A stretch of 64,000 bases of DNA from a virus: positions 21,866 to 85,865 of IMG/VR virus record IMGVR_UViG_3300031730_000002. One strand, 5' to 3'. This document shows, in pieces, positions 17,056 to 26,612 of this stretch. How positions within the stretch are numbered: position 1 is the first letter of the stretch; every line of letters begins with the position of its first letter. A program made the translations under genes and the position numbers. Under the pieces are notes generated by a model, which was given only the letters and a program-made list of their open reading frames with translations, was not told the origin of the DNA and searched no databases.

Positions 17056-18100
17056 TGTTGTGCTTCTCCAGCAGCGCAGTCACGGTGGCGCGCTCTTCTT
17101 CGTTGAGGATCTTCAGCAGCTCTTCGAGCACCGAGAATGAGCGGATCTGTTCGAGCGAGACCTGCAGCGATTCGCCGTCGTTGGTTCCTTCGACTTCGAC
17201 AGCGTTGGTGATGACCAGCGATTCGCTGTGCTTGCGGAAGCTGGAGATCGCGGTGATCACGTCCGAGGCCTGTGCCGCCGTCGCCTTGCCGACCACACGC
17301 ACGAAGTCGGTGATGCCAAGCGGCTGCAGCATCTGCCAGTCCAGCTCAGCGAAGCAGCCTTCGCGAGTCCACGTTGGCAGCCACTCGATGCCAGAGTCCG
17401 TGATGCGCAAGGCGTACTTCATGTCGTTGCCGAGACAGTCGGCCACGCTGCTCGGCACCTGGTTGCCGACGATGAGGACTTTGTTGTCCAGGTACTCTCG
17501 GCGCTGGTGCTCGTGCGCCACGATGATCTTCTCGACCTTCAGCGTGGCAGCCTGCTCCAGCGACAGGTTCAGCGAGTGGTCCGACTTCGCCGCAAAGTTG
17601 TTCGACACGTTGCAGTGCAGGAATAGGTACTTCGTGTCGGCCGGCACCTTGCTCAGCTCCAGCTCGAACAGGTCTTGGTTGGCCACGTGTGGGATGACGT
17701 ACACGCCTTCGTCAATCGTGGTGCCTTCCTTGATCACGACCACTTGGCCAGGGAAGCTCAAGGACAACAACTCGCAGAGGATGTCGAAGCTCGACAGCAC
17801 AGCCGAGTTTTTCGTCATGTCGTGGTTGCCGCGAGAAGCGTAGAGGGTAGGCACCGGCTTGTATGAGCACTCCAGCCACGCTGCGGTGATCTTGTAGATT
17901 TGCAGTAAGTCGCTCAGCGGGATCGCTGCGGTGTCGAGCCAGTCGCCGTTGATCAGCACGTCGTCGGTGCCGGCCATATCGAGCAGACCGCCGTAGTCGG
18001 CGAGCAGGTTGGCTCGTAGTTGCATCGCTGTGGCCGGCGTGGTGCCGCCGGTGCGGATCGCACCGAGGTGCAGATCGTTGATGTGGAAGAGGGGCTTCAC
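17048..18100 (-). CDS. SbcD/Mre11-like metallophosphoesterase nuclease
   Basis: DLHLG, GDWLD, GNHD, AHEH motifs; GTGA overlap start. Confidence 0.9.
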   Translation of the reverse strand: MKPLFHINDLHLGAIRTGGTTPATAMQLRANLLADYGGLLDMAGTDDVLINGDWLDTAAIPLSDLLQIYKITAAWLECSYKPVPTLYASRGNHDMTKNSAVLSSFDILCELLSLSFPGQVVVIKEGTTIDEGVYVIPHVANQDLFELELSKVPADTKYLFLHCNVSNNFAAKSDHSLNLSLEQAATLKVEKIIVAHEHQRREYLDNKVLIVGNQVPSSVADCLGNDMKYALRITDSGIEWLPTWTREGCFAELDWQMLQPLGITDFVRVVGKATAAQASDVITAISSFRKHSESLVITNAVEVEGTNDGESLQVSLEQIRSFSVLEELLKILNEEERATVTALLEKHNNV

Positions 18101-18327
18101 AGATATGACCTTCGGAACATGAGATCCAGAGAGGTTGTGGCGACCTCGACAGGCTTGACGCGCACATCGATAAATTGTGGGTGGCCGTAGTCCCGCCGCA
18201 GCTCGATGCACAGGCGGTTGTTGAGCCTAGCGAGGCCAAAGTCTTTGGCAAGGCCAAGAAGACCTTCGGCTTCGAAGCCTTCGATCTCGGCGATGTCGAC
18301 GCCGTCGATTTGCAGCTTGGCCATCAC
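18097..18327 (-). CDS. Hypothetical protein
   Basis: Translationally coupled ORF. Confidence 0.55.
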   Translation of the reverse strand: MMAKLQIDGVDIAEIEGFEAEGLLGLAKDFGLARLNNRLCIELRRDYGHPQFIDVRVKPVEVATTSLDLMFRRSYL

Positions 18328-18566
18328 TTGAACACCTGCTCTAGACGTGCAGTGACTGCAGCGCGAGCCTCTTGTCGAATGATGTCGGTCACGTTGTAGC
18401 CGCGCACCAACTCCTTCAGCGCGTCAGGCTTGCACATGCTCTCAACTGTGTGCGCCACTGCTTCTCGGATCTCTTCGCGTGTGATGGTCAGCAGGTGCTC
18501 GTTGATGAGCACGCGGACTTGGCCACGCAGCTCTTTGTCGTCGGATGTGTCGAGGGTGATCTTCAA
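18324..18566 (-). CDS. Hypothetical protein
   Basis: GGAG RBS, TTG start, downstream of promoter. Confidence 0.6.
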   Translation of the reverse strand: MKITLDTSDDKELRGQVRVLINEHLLTITREEIREAVAHTVESMCKPDALKELVRGYNVTDIIRQEARAAVTARLEQVFK

Positions 18567-18591
18567 GGTCTTCTCCAGTTAAGGTGTAGAA

Positions 18592-18620
18592 AGAATAACA
18601 CCGCCCTCAGGCGATGTCAA
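18592..18620 (-). promoter_or_regulatory. Sigma70-type promoter for the sbcDC operon
   Basis: TTGACA-N17-TATTCT on the minus strand in an intergenic gap. Confidence 0.75.
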
Positions 18621-18637
18621 CAGAGTCAGGAAATGTG

Positions 18638-19096
18638 TCAGAGATCCAGGATCGGCTGCACGTCTTCCCACTGTACGTAGCCGCTGAGATCCCAGCTACC
18701 GAACGCCGGACCAGGCCGTGTGCGGAACAGCTCCAAAGGTGGGCTGACCCACGTCTTCGTGATCGAGCTGTAGACCAGCACATGCACCACGCCGCCGGCC
18801 ATCTCGCGAATGCGGCACTTGCCCACCTGCGAGTCTTCGAAGTTCTTGTAGGGTAAGCGGTGCTCCTTGTGCGCCACCTCCTTCACCTCGATGATCCCGT
18901 GCCTGCCCGGCATGTACCAGCTGAAGTCTCCGGCGATGCGCTGGAACTTCCCGCCGGCAGATCTGGCGTCGTAGCCGCGGTGCCAGTCGAAGGCTTGGCG
19001 CTGCGAGTGAAGGCCTTCGAGGTAAGCCTTGACGATCGCCTCGGCACTCTTGCCCTGCTGGCCCTTGGCCTTGGTCTTCTTGTCGTCACCGAACAT
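18638..19096 (-). CDS. PD-(D/E)xK nuclease, RecU-like Holliday junction resolvase
   Basis: GKSAE...GDF...IEVKE. Confidence 0.7.
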   Translation of the reverse strand: MFGDDKKTKAKGQQGKSAEAIVKAYLEGLHSQRQAFDWHRGYDARSAGGKFQRIAGDFSWYMPGRHGIIEVKEVAHKEHRLPYKNFEDSQVGKCRIREMAGGVVHVLVYSSITKTWVSPPLELFRTRPGPAFGSWDLSGYVQWEDVQPILDL

Positions 19097-19295
19097 CTTG
19101 ATCTCCAGTCAGTGCAGCTTCATCGTTGGCCGCCTGCACGACCACACCCAATGCCCGCATGTTCTCGCTCTGCACGAACAGGCTGATGGTCTTGGGCACG
19201 ATGCCCGGCAGCTGCTCCCACGTGTAGCCACCTTGCTTGAGATGGCGCTCGAAGATGCCGAGCTTCCAGCTGTCGATGATGATTCCTGCTTTCAC
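19086..19295 (-). CDS. Hypothetical protein
   Basis: AGGAG RBS; coupled ORF. Confidence 0.55.
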   Translation of the reverse strand: MKAGIIIDSWKLGIFERHLKQGGYTWEQLPGIVPKTISLFVQSENMRALGVVVQAANDEAALTGDQDVR

Positions 19296-19322
19296 ATCTG
19301 TCTCCTGAATTTCTGGCGCCAG

Positions 19323-19706
19323 TCAAAACGGGCACACTTTGGTTTCAACGCCGCCAGTCTCCCATGCAAGGTCGACGGACAGCTCCATGATTTGCGATGG
19401 CGTCGCTCCATCGCGTATCGCTCTAAGTAGGTCAGCTCTTTTGGATTGGGAGCAAAACGAGCTTCCCAGTCGATGTGGGAAATGGAAGCCGTGGCAGCGA
19501 CAGGCCACACGACTGACACGTTCGCGATCTGCATAGAAGTGATAGTGCCCGCAATGCCGGCATAGACGACCCCCATTTGCTTTCAACTCCTTCTTCAACG
19601 CTGCACCGGTGAGAGGTGGAAGACCTCTCACCTGCGTGTAGCTCACAACAGCTTTCTTGAACGTGTTCCGCGTGCGGCACTTGCTGCAGCGGTAGATGTA
19701 GCTCAC
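19323..19706 (-). CDS. Cys-rich zinc-ribbon protein
   Basis: CSKC, CRHC and CRC..HFPHR.GS..C. Confidence 0.55.
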   Translation of the reverse strand: MSYIYRCSKCRTRNTFKKAVVSYTQVRGLPPLTGAALKKELKANGGRLCRHCGHYHFYADRERVSRVACRCHGFHFPHRLGSSFCSQSKRADLLRAIRDGATPSQIMELSVDLAWETGGVETKVCPF

Positions 19707-20074
19707 TTGTTCAGATGAGCCAGAGCCCCGTGGAAGCGCGGCTTGCCCATCGTCGCCGTGACGATCTTCTGCTCGATCAGGATGAAGGTCACCACCTCGA
19801 CATCCTGCTTTCTCCGCGTCGGGTCTTTGCGGACCTTGGCCACGTGCTCAGGGTAAGGGTCTTCGGGGCCTTGCTGCACCACCAGCTCCACACGCCCCCG
19901 CAGCCACGAGGCCATAGCGCAGACCGCAGCATGCTTGTTGTGGAACAGCTTTGGCTGCCCAGTCTCGTAGTCGCTGTCGACCATGCCTGGAGTCCAGTGG
20001 CTGCTGCCCTTCTGCTGCTTGCGCTGCGGCATGAAGGCCTGCGTCGGAATGTGGCGAATGGCGAAGACTTCCAT
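19703..20074 (-). CDS. Hypothetical protein
   Basis: Coupled ORF with RBS. Confidence 0.55.
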   Translation of the reverse strand: MEVFAIRHIPTQAFMPQRKQQKGSSHWTPGMVDSDYETGQPKLFHNKHAAVCAMASWLRGRVELVVQQGPEDPYPEHVAKVRKDPTRRKQDVEVVTFILIEQKIVTATMGKPRFHGALAHLNK

Positions 20075-20075
20075 G

Positions 20076-20858
20076 TCAGGCCTCCAGGCGAAACTTGCGG
20101 AACGCGGCCACCGAGTGCGGGCAGATCTGCTCGATCAGGTCGAGCATCGCATCGCTGTACACACGGATCTCGTGCTGCGCATGGTTGTCCGAGCGCAAGC
20201 CGATGAAGTGGAAGAGGTTGTGCAAGTCCACCGTGCCGAACATGCGGCTGTAGGTGGCGAAGGGCAGGTTGTCCCTCGCAAGCTCGCGCGGCATGCCTTC
20301 GTCCATCTGCTTCCTGTAGAGCGCGAAGCCGGCTTCCATGTGGGCGCGCTGCTCTTCCTGCCAGCGCCGATCGCGAGCTTCGATCTCGGGTGTCAGCTCG
20401 GTGCTGTCGTCGCGCATCTGCTTGTTGCTCTTCGACTGCGTGCCGAAGTTGCCGACTTCCGGCACGTAGAACTCTTCCGGCAACGGAGCGTAGCGAGCGC
20501 TCAGCTCGTTGTAGCTCCACATACGATGGCGGTGCCATTGGCGGAACACCATGATCGGAGCCTTCACCTCGAACGTGAAAACCATCGCCTCGAACGGCGA
20601 CGTGTGCCGGTTCTTCATCAGGTAGGCGATGAGCTTGGCGTCCTTCTCGTCTTCACCGACCCGCCAGTCAGCGTCGTAGCTGACCCGAGCGTTGCGCACC
20701 ACTTCGAGATCGCCGGACCAGTCGCCGTGGTCGGCCTTGAGATAGCCGCTGGTGGTGTGCGAGACGGCATCGTGAGTCGCTATGGACTGGGGGATGGGCT
20801 GCATGCAGGAGACGAGACGGACGAAGCCGTGGTCGAGAAGATCAGTTTTGGTTTTCAT
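20076..20858 (-). CDS. thyX: Flavin-dependent thymidylate synthase
   Basis: HTSPFE; RHRMWSYNELSARY ThyX signature; HAQHEIR. Confidence 0.96.
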   Translation of the reverse strand: MKTKTDLLDHGFVRLVSCMQPIPQSIATHDAVSHTTSGYLKADHGDWSGDLEVVRNARVSYDADWRVGEDEKDAKLIAYLMKNRHTSPFEAMVFTFEVKAPIMVFRQWHRHRMWSYNELSARYAPLPEEFYVPEVGNFGTQSKSNKQMRDDSTELTPEIEARDRRWQEEQRAHMEAGFALYRKQMDEGMPRELARDNLPFATYSRMFGTVDLHNLFHFIGLRSDNHAQHEIRVYSDAMLDLIEQICPHSVAAFRKFRLEA

Positions 20859-20948
20859 GTTGTTCCTTTGAAGTTGGGTGAACGTAGGGTGGTAGCGCGT
20901 TGCTCATGCAGGCGCTGAAGATGACGTAGAAGATGCCGGCGAAGAGGA

Positions 20949-21152
20949 TCACGGCGCAGGCTCCCATGAGTGGATGTCTTTCATCGCGAAGTCGCGATCA
21001 GCGTTCTTCTCAATGTCGACAGCAGCGAGCAACCACTGCATCTCTGTATGAAACTGGCTGCTACGGAAGGAGATGAAGTGCGGCTGGATCAGTCGTTTGC
21101 TGCGCTCCCCGCGATAGTTCGTGTAATCGATGACTACTCTGTCATGGATCAT
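20949..21152 (-). CDS. Stand-alone WYL-domain protein
   Basis: IDYTNYRGERSKR.I.P...QWLL.A.D.EKNA.RDF...I. Confidence 0.8.
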   Translation of the reverse strand: MIHDRVVIDYTNYRGERSKRLIQPHFISFRSSQFHTEMQWLLAAVDIEKNADRDFAMKDIHSWEPAP

Positions 21153-24100
21153 GCTGCTTCCTTTTCAAGTTGACGATCTGCCATCGCTTTGTACATCTTG
21201 ACCAAGCCTTCAGCGATGGCTGCTGCTGTAGGCTCTGCACCGATCTCGGTCTGGTTGTAGAAGTCCGGCCCGAACGAGATGCTCGACGTGATCGGGATCT
21301 TCATGTCTGCGAACGTTGCCACCATGCAGGCGTGCATGCGCGGGATGAAGGCCGGCAGGTCTTCGATCAGCACCGACGCCACCACTTCATCGTGAATGGG
21401 GCCGTAGCAGATGGCGTCGAAGTCAAAGAACAGGCCGTCCTTCCACATGCGGCCTTCAGCCAGCTTGGTCATCTCGCCAGCCGAGCCCTGCACCTTGGTG
21501 TTCACGGCTTGCCGCTCGGCCTTGCTCGACACCCAGCGGTCGCCCTTGAAGGCTTCAGCCAGGTGGCGCATCGCGCCCTTCATCGTGCGCACGAAGCCGT
21601 CCTCACGGGCCTTGGCGATCACGCGCTCCTTCCAGAGTGCCACCTCAGCGAACGCAGCTTCTCGCGCGTCGATGAAGGCCTGCGCTGCCTCTTCGCTGAC
21701 CAGCAGCGTTTGCGCGACCTTGGGCGCCATCGCCCCGAACTCGGTGGTGAAGTTGACCTTCTTCCCGAGGTTGCGATCATCCTTTACGAACTGGAACAGC
21801 GGGTGCGACTTGTGCCCGTGCCGGATCTCTTCGAACTGCTCGTAGTTCAGGTCAGGCACTTCAGCGCCCTTGGCCCGGCGCTCTGCTTGCTTGTACTTGT
21901 AGACACCGACACCGGTCAGTGCGTGCACGTCCTTCTTGTTGTCGCCGACATAGCAGGCCACCAAGTTCGGGTCTTCGCTGTAGTCGGCGATGATCTTCAG
22001 CTCTTGCGATTCGAAGTCCATCGACACCACGACGGCGTTGCGCTTGTGTGGCACCACGCACTCGCGGATCTTCGCGGCTTGCCCGTCGATCTTCTGGTGC
22101 TTCGCAAGCTGCTGCTTGTTCGGCGCGCTCTCACTTGCCCGCCGCGTGTTCGTCGCGCACTGGTTGTGCGACGGGTGGATCATGCCGTCCTTCCAGTGCA
22201 CGAAGTACGGGTAGGTTGAGTAGTAAAGCGAGCGGCGGGTGCGCACCATCTGCATCAGCCTGAAGGCTTCGAGCACGCCCTTCTGATCTGGCGTGGCGTC
22301 CATCTGCAAGGCGTACTCGATCGAGAGCTGATCGGTCTTCGGGTTGCCCTCGTAGATGCCGGCCTGCCTCATCGTGTCGGTGGCCTTGTTGCGCACACGC
22401 ACCGGCAAGCCCATCATCTCGTACATGAGCTTGGACATCTTTGTGGGTGAGCCGAGCGGGTTGTCGGGCTCGCCCTTGAAGTGCGATGTCACGTACTTGT
22501 TGAAGAGCGCAAGGCCTTCCGGCCCGCTCGTACCCGCTTGCAGCGCCAGCGCAAACGACGGCTCGTTCTCGATCTCGCGGCAGTGTGTCACCAGCTTCGA
22601 CAGCGTGCGCATCGCTGTGTCCATCTTCTTGCCGGTGCAGATGGTGAAGGCTTCCTTCACGTCGGCTGCGGTCAGCTCGGTGTAGACCGGCGGCTGCGTG
22701 CCTGTGTACTTCTTCTCGATGAGGTAGGCGCTGGCCACCTTCCAGGCATTCGCATACACGATGTCATCGGCCGCGCTCAGCTCGTTGATCTTCTCCACTG
22801 ACACAGCCATGCCGGTCAGGAAGTTGACGGCATGCTGGTAGGCCGCATCGATCTCGACTTCGAGGTAGACCTGCCATGTGTGCTCGATCTCCATCACGAG
22901 CCGGTTGTAGACGTGCAGTGCCGCGGTGCAGATGGTGTCGTCGCAGCCGTAGCCGACCACCTGCTGAGCAGTCAGCTCGTTCATCTTGTAGCGGCGCTCT
23001 TCCCACTCTTCCATCGGGAACTGCACTTCGCTGTCAACAATCTCGCCGATGTTCGAAGCATGCTCGAACACGCGGAGCTGCCGGCCGCCCGGCTGCAGCG
23101 TGCCCACAGGCCCGGCCAGCTTGGTGACTTGGTCGAAGGTCTGCTGCTCGTAGCCCAGCACACGCTTGGAGCGGTCCTTTAGCCCGAGCTTGCTGTTCTC
23201 GTCGACGTAGCTGTTCTCGAACATCGTGTCGAGGACATTGGGCAGGAAGCCGCGGTAGCCGTTGTCCTGCCAGTGCTCGGCGAACTCCTGATAGCACACG
23301 CACAGCTCGAAGGCAGTGTTCTGGATCACCAGATGCATCGTCTTCGGGATCATCTCGATGACCTTGCGCGCCTGCTCCAGCGTGATGTTGTTCGTGTTGG
23401 CATGGTCGACGCTGAAGTACATGGTGTACTGCGTGTTCTTGCCGAGCGTCAGGCTGAAGCCCGTCAGCTCGCTGCCAAGCTGGTCAAGGCGGTCTCCGTC
23501 CTTCTGTGCGGAGATCCACTCGTCGCTTGCGTCGGTTGTCGAGGTCTCGATGTCGAACGTGGCGAACGGCGACTCTTCGATGATGCGCGGCATCCACTCG
23601 ACGAAGCCTTGCAGGTTGTCAGCTGTGACCAGAAAGGTCTCGCCATACCACTTGGACACACGTTCATCGGCTTGTGCAGGCCGCGGCGTCACCATGCCTG
23701 CCTCGATCACCAGCGGCACCTGCGCAGTGTTGACCCACTCAGGGTACAGGCGTGCCACGCGGTAGGAGCGGACGGCGTTCTTCTCTTGGTCGACGATCAT
23801 CTTGATCAGCCTGTCGTCGCCGACCTGTGGGTACAGAGGCCCAAGGTCCGACTTTGCAAGCAGGTCGAGCAGCTCGTGCATACCGTCTTCGCCATAGGCA
23901 AGCAGCATCGCCTGGAATGACTTGACGCCGAAGCCTTCGACGCCGCGGATCTTGTCGGAGGTGTCGCCGACCAGCGACTTGTACAGCGTGATCAGCCGGC
24001 GATCCCACGGGCCGTAGGGATGCTGGCCGAGCGGGTCATGGTTGCGCCGCACGATGATCTTGGCGCCGTGCGCGTTGGTGCCGTGCAGGATGGTCAGGTC

Positions 24101-24547
24101 GCCGTCGCCGGTGGCGATGACGAGATCCTGTTCGGCTTCGCGAGCCAGGTAGGCGAGCACGTCGTCGCCTTCGACGAAGTCCTGCGACATCAGCGTGGAG
24201 CCAAGGCCGCGCCACAGGTTGCGCATCATCTCGCGCAGCTTCTCGAACTCGGCGTAGTTCTCAGGGGCCTTGTCTTCGCCAGCCTTGTAGATCGGGTCGA
24301 ACGCACGCCGCTTCTGCTTCGAGTGCATGCCTTCGAACACGAGGATGGCGTCGATGGGCGCGAGGCCGAACTGGTCGAGAGCACCGACCATCATGTTCAT
24401 CACGTTCTCGTAGCCGTGCTTGGCCGAGTTGATCCAAACCTTCTTGTCGGGGTCCACCGGACTTGCGACTTCGTAGCCGTTCTCGGTGTCCTTACCTGCA
24501 AAGAGTCCTGTCCACATGAAGCTGGACATATCGAATGCGATGCGCAT
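21149..24547 (-). CDS. polA: Family A DNA polymerase with 5'-3' and 3'-5' exonuclease domains
   Basis: FEN motifs (EGDD, TGDGD, GDTSD.I.GV.GFG); exo FDIET and YGCDD; pol motifs DFESQEL, KKVNF...FG, IHDE. Confidence 0.93.
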   Translation of the reverse strand: MRIAFDMSSFMWTGLFAGKDTENGYEVASPVDPDKKVWINSAKHGYENVMNMMVGALDQFGLAPIDAILVFEGMHSKQKRRAFDPIYKAGEDKAPENYAEFEKLREMMRNLWRGLGSTLMSQDFVEGDDVLAYLAREAEQDLVIATGDGDLTILHGTNAHGAKIIVRRNHDPLGQHPYGPWDRRLITLYKSLVGDTSDKIRGVEGFGVKSFQAMLLAYGEDGMHELLDLLAKSDLGPLYPQVGDDRLIKMIVDQEKNAVRSYRVARLYPEWVNTAQVPLVIEAGMVTPRPAQADERVSKWYGETFLVTADNLQGFVEWMPRIIEESPFATFDIETSTTDASDEWISAQKDGDRLDQLGSELTGFSLTLGKNTQYTMYFSVDHANTNNITLEQARKVIEMIPKTMHLVIQNTAFELCVCYQEFAEHWQDNGYRGFLPNVLDTMFENSYVDENSKLGLKDRSKRVLGYEQQTFDQVTKLAGPVGTLQPGGRQLRVFEHASNIGEIVDSEVQFPMEEWEERRYKMNELTAQQVVGYGCDDTICTAALHVYNRLVMEIEHTWQVYLEVEIDAAYQHAVNFLTGMAVSVEKINELSAADDIVYANAWKVASAYLIEKKYTGTQPPVYTELTAADVKEAFTICTGKKMDTAMRTLSKLVTHCREIENEPSFALALQAGTSGPEGLALFNKYVTSHFKGEPDNPLGSPTKMSKLMYEMMGLPVRVRNKATDTMRQAGIYEGNPKTDQLSIEYALQMDATPDQKGVLEAFRLMQMVRTRRSLYYSTYPYFVHWKDGMIHPSHNQCATNTRRASESAPNKQQLAKHQKIDGQAAKIRECVVPHKRNAVVVSMDFESQELKIIADYSEDPNLVACYVGDNKKDVHALTGVGVYKYKQAERRAKGAEVPDLNYEQFEEIRHGHKSHPLFQFVKDDRNLGKKVNFTTEFGAMAPKVAQTLLVSEEAAQAFIDAREAAFAEVALWKERVIAKAREDGFVRTMKGAMRHLAEAFKGDRWVSSKAERQAVNTKVQGSAGEMTKLAEGRMWKDGLFFDFDAICYGPIHDEVVASVLIEDLPAFIPRMHACMVATFADMKIPITSSISFGPDFYNQTEIGAEPTAAAIAEGLVKMYKAMADRQLEKEAA

Positions 24548-24786
24548 CAGTCTTCTTCTTTCTTTGCGAAGCGGAAGTTTTCGAAAATGTCCATCTGCAC
24601 ATCCAGCACCTCAGAGGCGATGAAGTAGAGCCACTTGCAGAAGATGTAGGCCCAAAGAATGCAAACCACCAGAACAGGCATCGTGTACAGGTCAGTCAGC
24701 ATCCAGGCAACGACCGTCCAAAGAAGCGGGATGCTGGTGGGCAAGCACTTTGTCGAGAGCACAAGGTGCTCGTTCGGGTTCTTCAT
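24547..24786 (-). CDS. Small 2-TM membrane protein
   Basis: Hydrophobic; ATGA overlap with the TraR gene. Confidence 0.55.
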   Translation of the reverse strand: MKNPNEHLVLSTKCLPTSIPLLWTVVAWMLTDLYTMPVLVVCILWAYIFCKWLYFIASEVLDVQMDIFENFRFAKKEED

Positions 24787-25022
24787 CTTGCGATCAACCT
24801 TTGAAGTTTTTCTTTGCTCGTCTGGCAATGCACGCAACGTATGCGACAGAGAGCAAGCCGAGCGGGAGGAATGTCACCGTCGCAATCAAGACAGTGAGCA
24901 CCGTCGAAGTCAGGGTGAGACTCAGGTGCAGTAAGTGCACGAATCTTTTCCAGAGCTGAGTCGTTGTAGATCTGCTGAAGCTCAGCAGCGCGGTCCAGAT
25001 TGTCACTATGCCCGCCTTGCAT
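24783..25022 (-). CDS. TraR/DksA C4 zinc-finger protein
   Basis: SDNLDRA (DxxDxA) plus CLDC...IP.AR...CVHCQ. Confidence 0.88.
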   Translation of the reverse strand: MQGGHSDNLDRAAELQQIYNDSALEKIRALTAPESHPDFDGAHCLDCDGDIPPARLALCRIRCVHCQTSKEKLQRLIAR

Positions 25023-25551
25023 CACAGGCCGCGTTGATGTACTGCTGCAACTGAAGCACGTCGACGCGAAGCTGGTCGAGACTGCCGATGTTGTTGATGA
25101 TGTAGTCCTTCTCGTCAGGGATCAGACCGTGTTCGCTCGCATGCTTGCGGTCATCTTCCTTGATCGTGGTCTCGCGACCCTTGACGTGCACCAGCAGACC
25201 GCGCTCGCGCACCCAGTCGGCTTCGTTGTGGAACCGAACATCGGTGATCGTCACGCGCGCCCACATCGAGTGCTCGACGCGCGACTTGGTGATGGCCAGC
25301 CAGATGTCGGGCTGCAGCGCGCGGCCCCACTCGGTGCCCAGCGTCTGCGCCGCTTGCCGCCAGGAGAACTTGTAGCCGGGGATCGGCGCTTCCTTGTCCA
25401 CCCTGTTCGGCGGCTCCGGGAAACCCATCGCGATGAGACCTTGCTTCAGCGGGCCTGCAAAAGCGATCATGTGGTAGCCAAGCAGTTGGCCGACTGTGTC
25501 TTTGCCGGCACCGCCAGCGCCTGTGATGCCGATGACGAATGTGTCTTTCAT
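25006..25551 (-). CDS. Deoxynucleoside monophosphate kinase
   Basis: GITG..GAGKDT, FA.PLK, Q.LGTEWGR, ITDVRF.NE. Confidence 0.9.
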   Translation of the reverse strand: MKDTFVIGITGAGGAGKDTVGQLLGYHMIAFAGPLKQGLIAMGFPEPPNRVDKEAPIPGYKFSWRQAAQTLGTEWGRALQPDIWLAITKSRVEHSMWARVTITDVRFHNEADWVRERGLLVHVKGRETTIKEDDRKHASEHGLIPDEKDYIINNIGSLDQLRVDVLQLQQYINAACDARRA

Positions 25552-26612
25552 TCTTGGTCCTTGTTGTAGATGGAACGTTCTGCTTCGGGAAGAGTGTCAA
25601 TCAGATCTTGCCTTAACTGCGTAAGGCTTTCCCTGATCTTCTTGCTGGAACTCTCGCGCATCACCAGCGGCGGGTCGCGCTGGAAATTCCAGATCTTCGC
25701 AGCGAAGTCATGCTTGTTCAGTACCTCGGGCACAAGCCTCTCGCTCAGCTGCAGCAGCTTGACCCTGTCGTTGGCCATCCACTCCTGCAAGATCTCCACG
25801 CAGTCCTGGACGATACCGATCTGCCGCTGCACGCTACGCACTTGCGGAACGGCTGCGAGGATTGCTTCAGGCAGCGGATCATTAAGCTCCCCACCTTGCA
25901 GGAAGTAGAGCATCTGCAGTGCGGAGTCGAGCGCCTCGGCCTCGTGGAAGCGACTGTCGTTTTCGAAGACCAGTGAACGCATGCGTGCGAGCGGGTCATG
26001 GCGGTATGACGTGATGGCTGCGCCGCGCGGCGACGTTGCCAGCGCCTCTATCAGACCGGTCACCGGCACATCCCAAGGCGAGTCAGGAGCGAAGGGAATG
26101 CCGGCGACAACGCCGACCGGACCACGTTCGGGAGTCTCGACGTAGAAGTCCGAAGCCGTCTGCACGAGTGGAGCGCCGCGGGACATAGAGATCGTGTAGG
26201 CCACCTCCATGCTGAACATCGCGCCGGCATACTCTGCCAGGTTGTTAGGGAAGCCTTCAGGGATACAGAAGCGCAGATGCCGATCGCCGATGGTTGTGTT
26301 GTGCAGCAGCCTGGAGGTGCGCTTCCAGCCGAAGGCACCGATGACCTTGTCCGGCTTGCGGAACATGTCGTGCAAGCTGTTGATCCAGAACTCGTACAGC
26401 AGATCGAACGTGATGCCTTCGCGCCGATCGATGAACTCCTGCAGGCCCAGCCCTTCGAGCACGAGCGTAGAGCCGGTCAGTGGTGGAACCTGCCACGGCA
26501 GATCGAGGTGTTTGATCTCGCCTTGCAGAAGGTCCACAGAGCCGAAGCCGGCCCTGTGGAATGCTTGGACGATGGCCCGAACCAGCGGGCCGCGGCGGTC
26601 AGCTCGCGCCAC
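25548..26612 (-). CDS. Hypothetical protein (354 aa) in the nucleotide-metabolism cluster
   Basis: Overlaps both neighbours; GGAGG RBS; no motif recognised. Confidence 0.65.
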   Translation of the reverse strand: MARADRRGPLVRAIVQAFHRAGFGSVDLLQGEIKHLDLPWQVPPLTGSTLVLEGLGLQEFIDRREGITFDLLYEFWINSLHDMFRKPDKVIGAFGWKRTSRLLHNTTIGDRHLRFCIPEGFPNNLAEYAGAMFSMEVAYTISMSRGAPLVQTASDFYVETPERGPVGVVAGIPFAPDSPWDVPVTGLIEALATSPRGAAITSYRHDPLARMRSLVFENDSRFHEAEALDSALQMLYFLQGGELNDPLPEAILAAVPQVRSVQRQIGIVQDCVEILQEWMANDRVKLLQLSERLVPEVLNKHDFAAKIWNFQRDPPLVMRESSSKKIRESLTQLRQDLIDTLPEAERSIYNKDQE

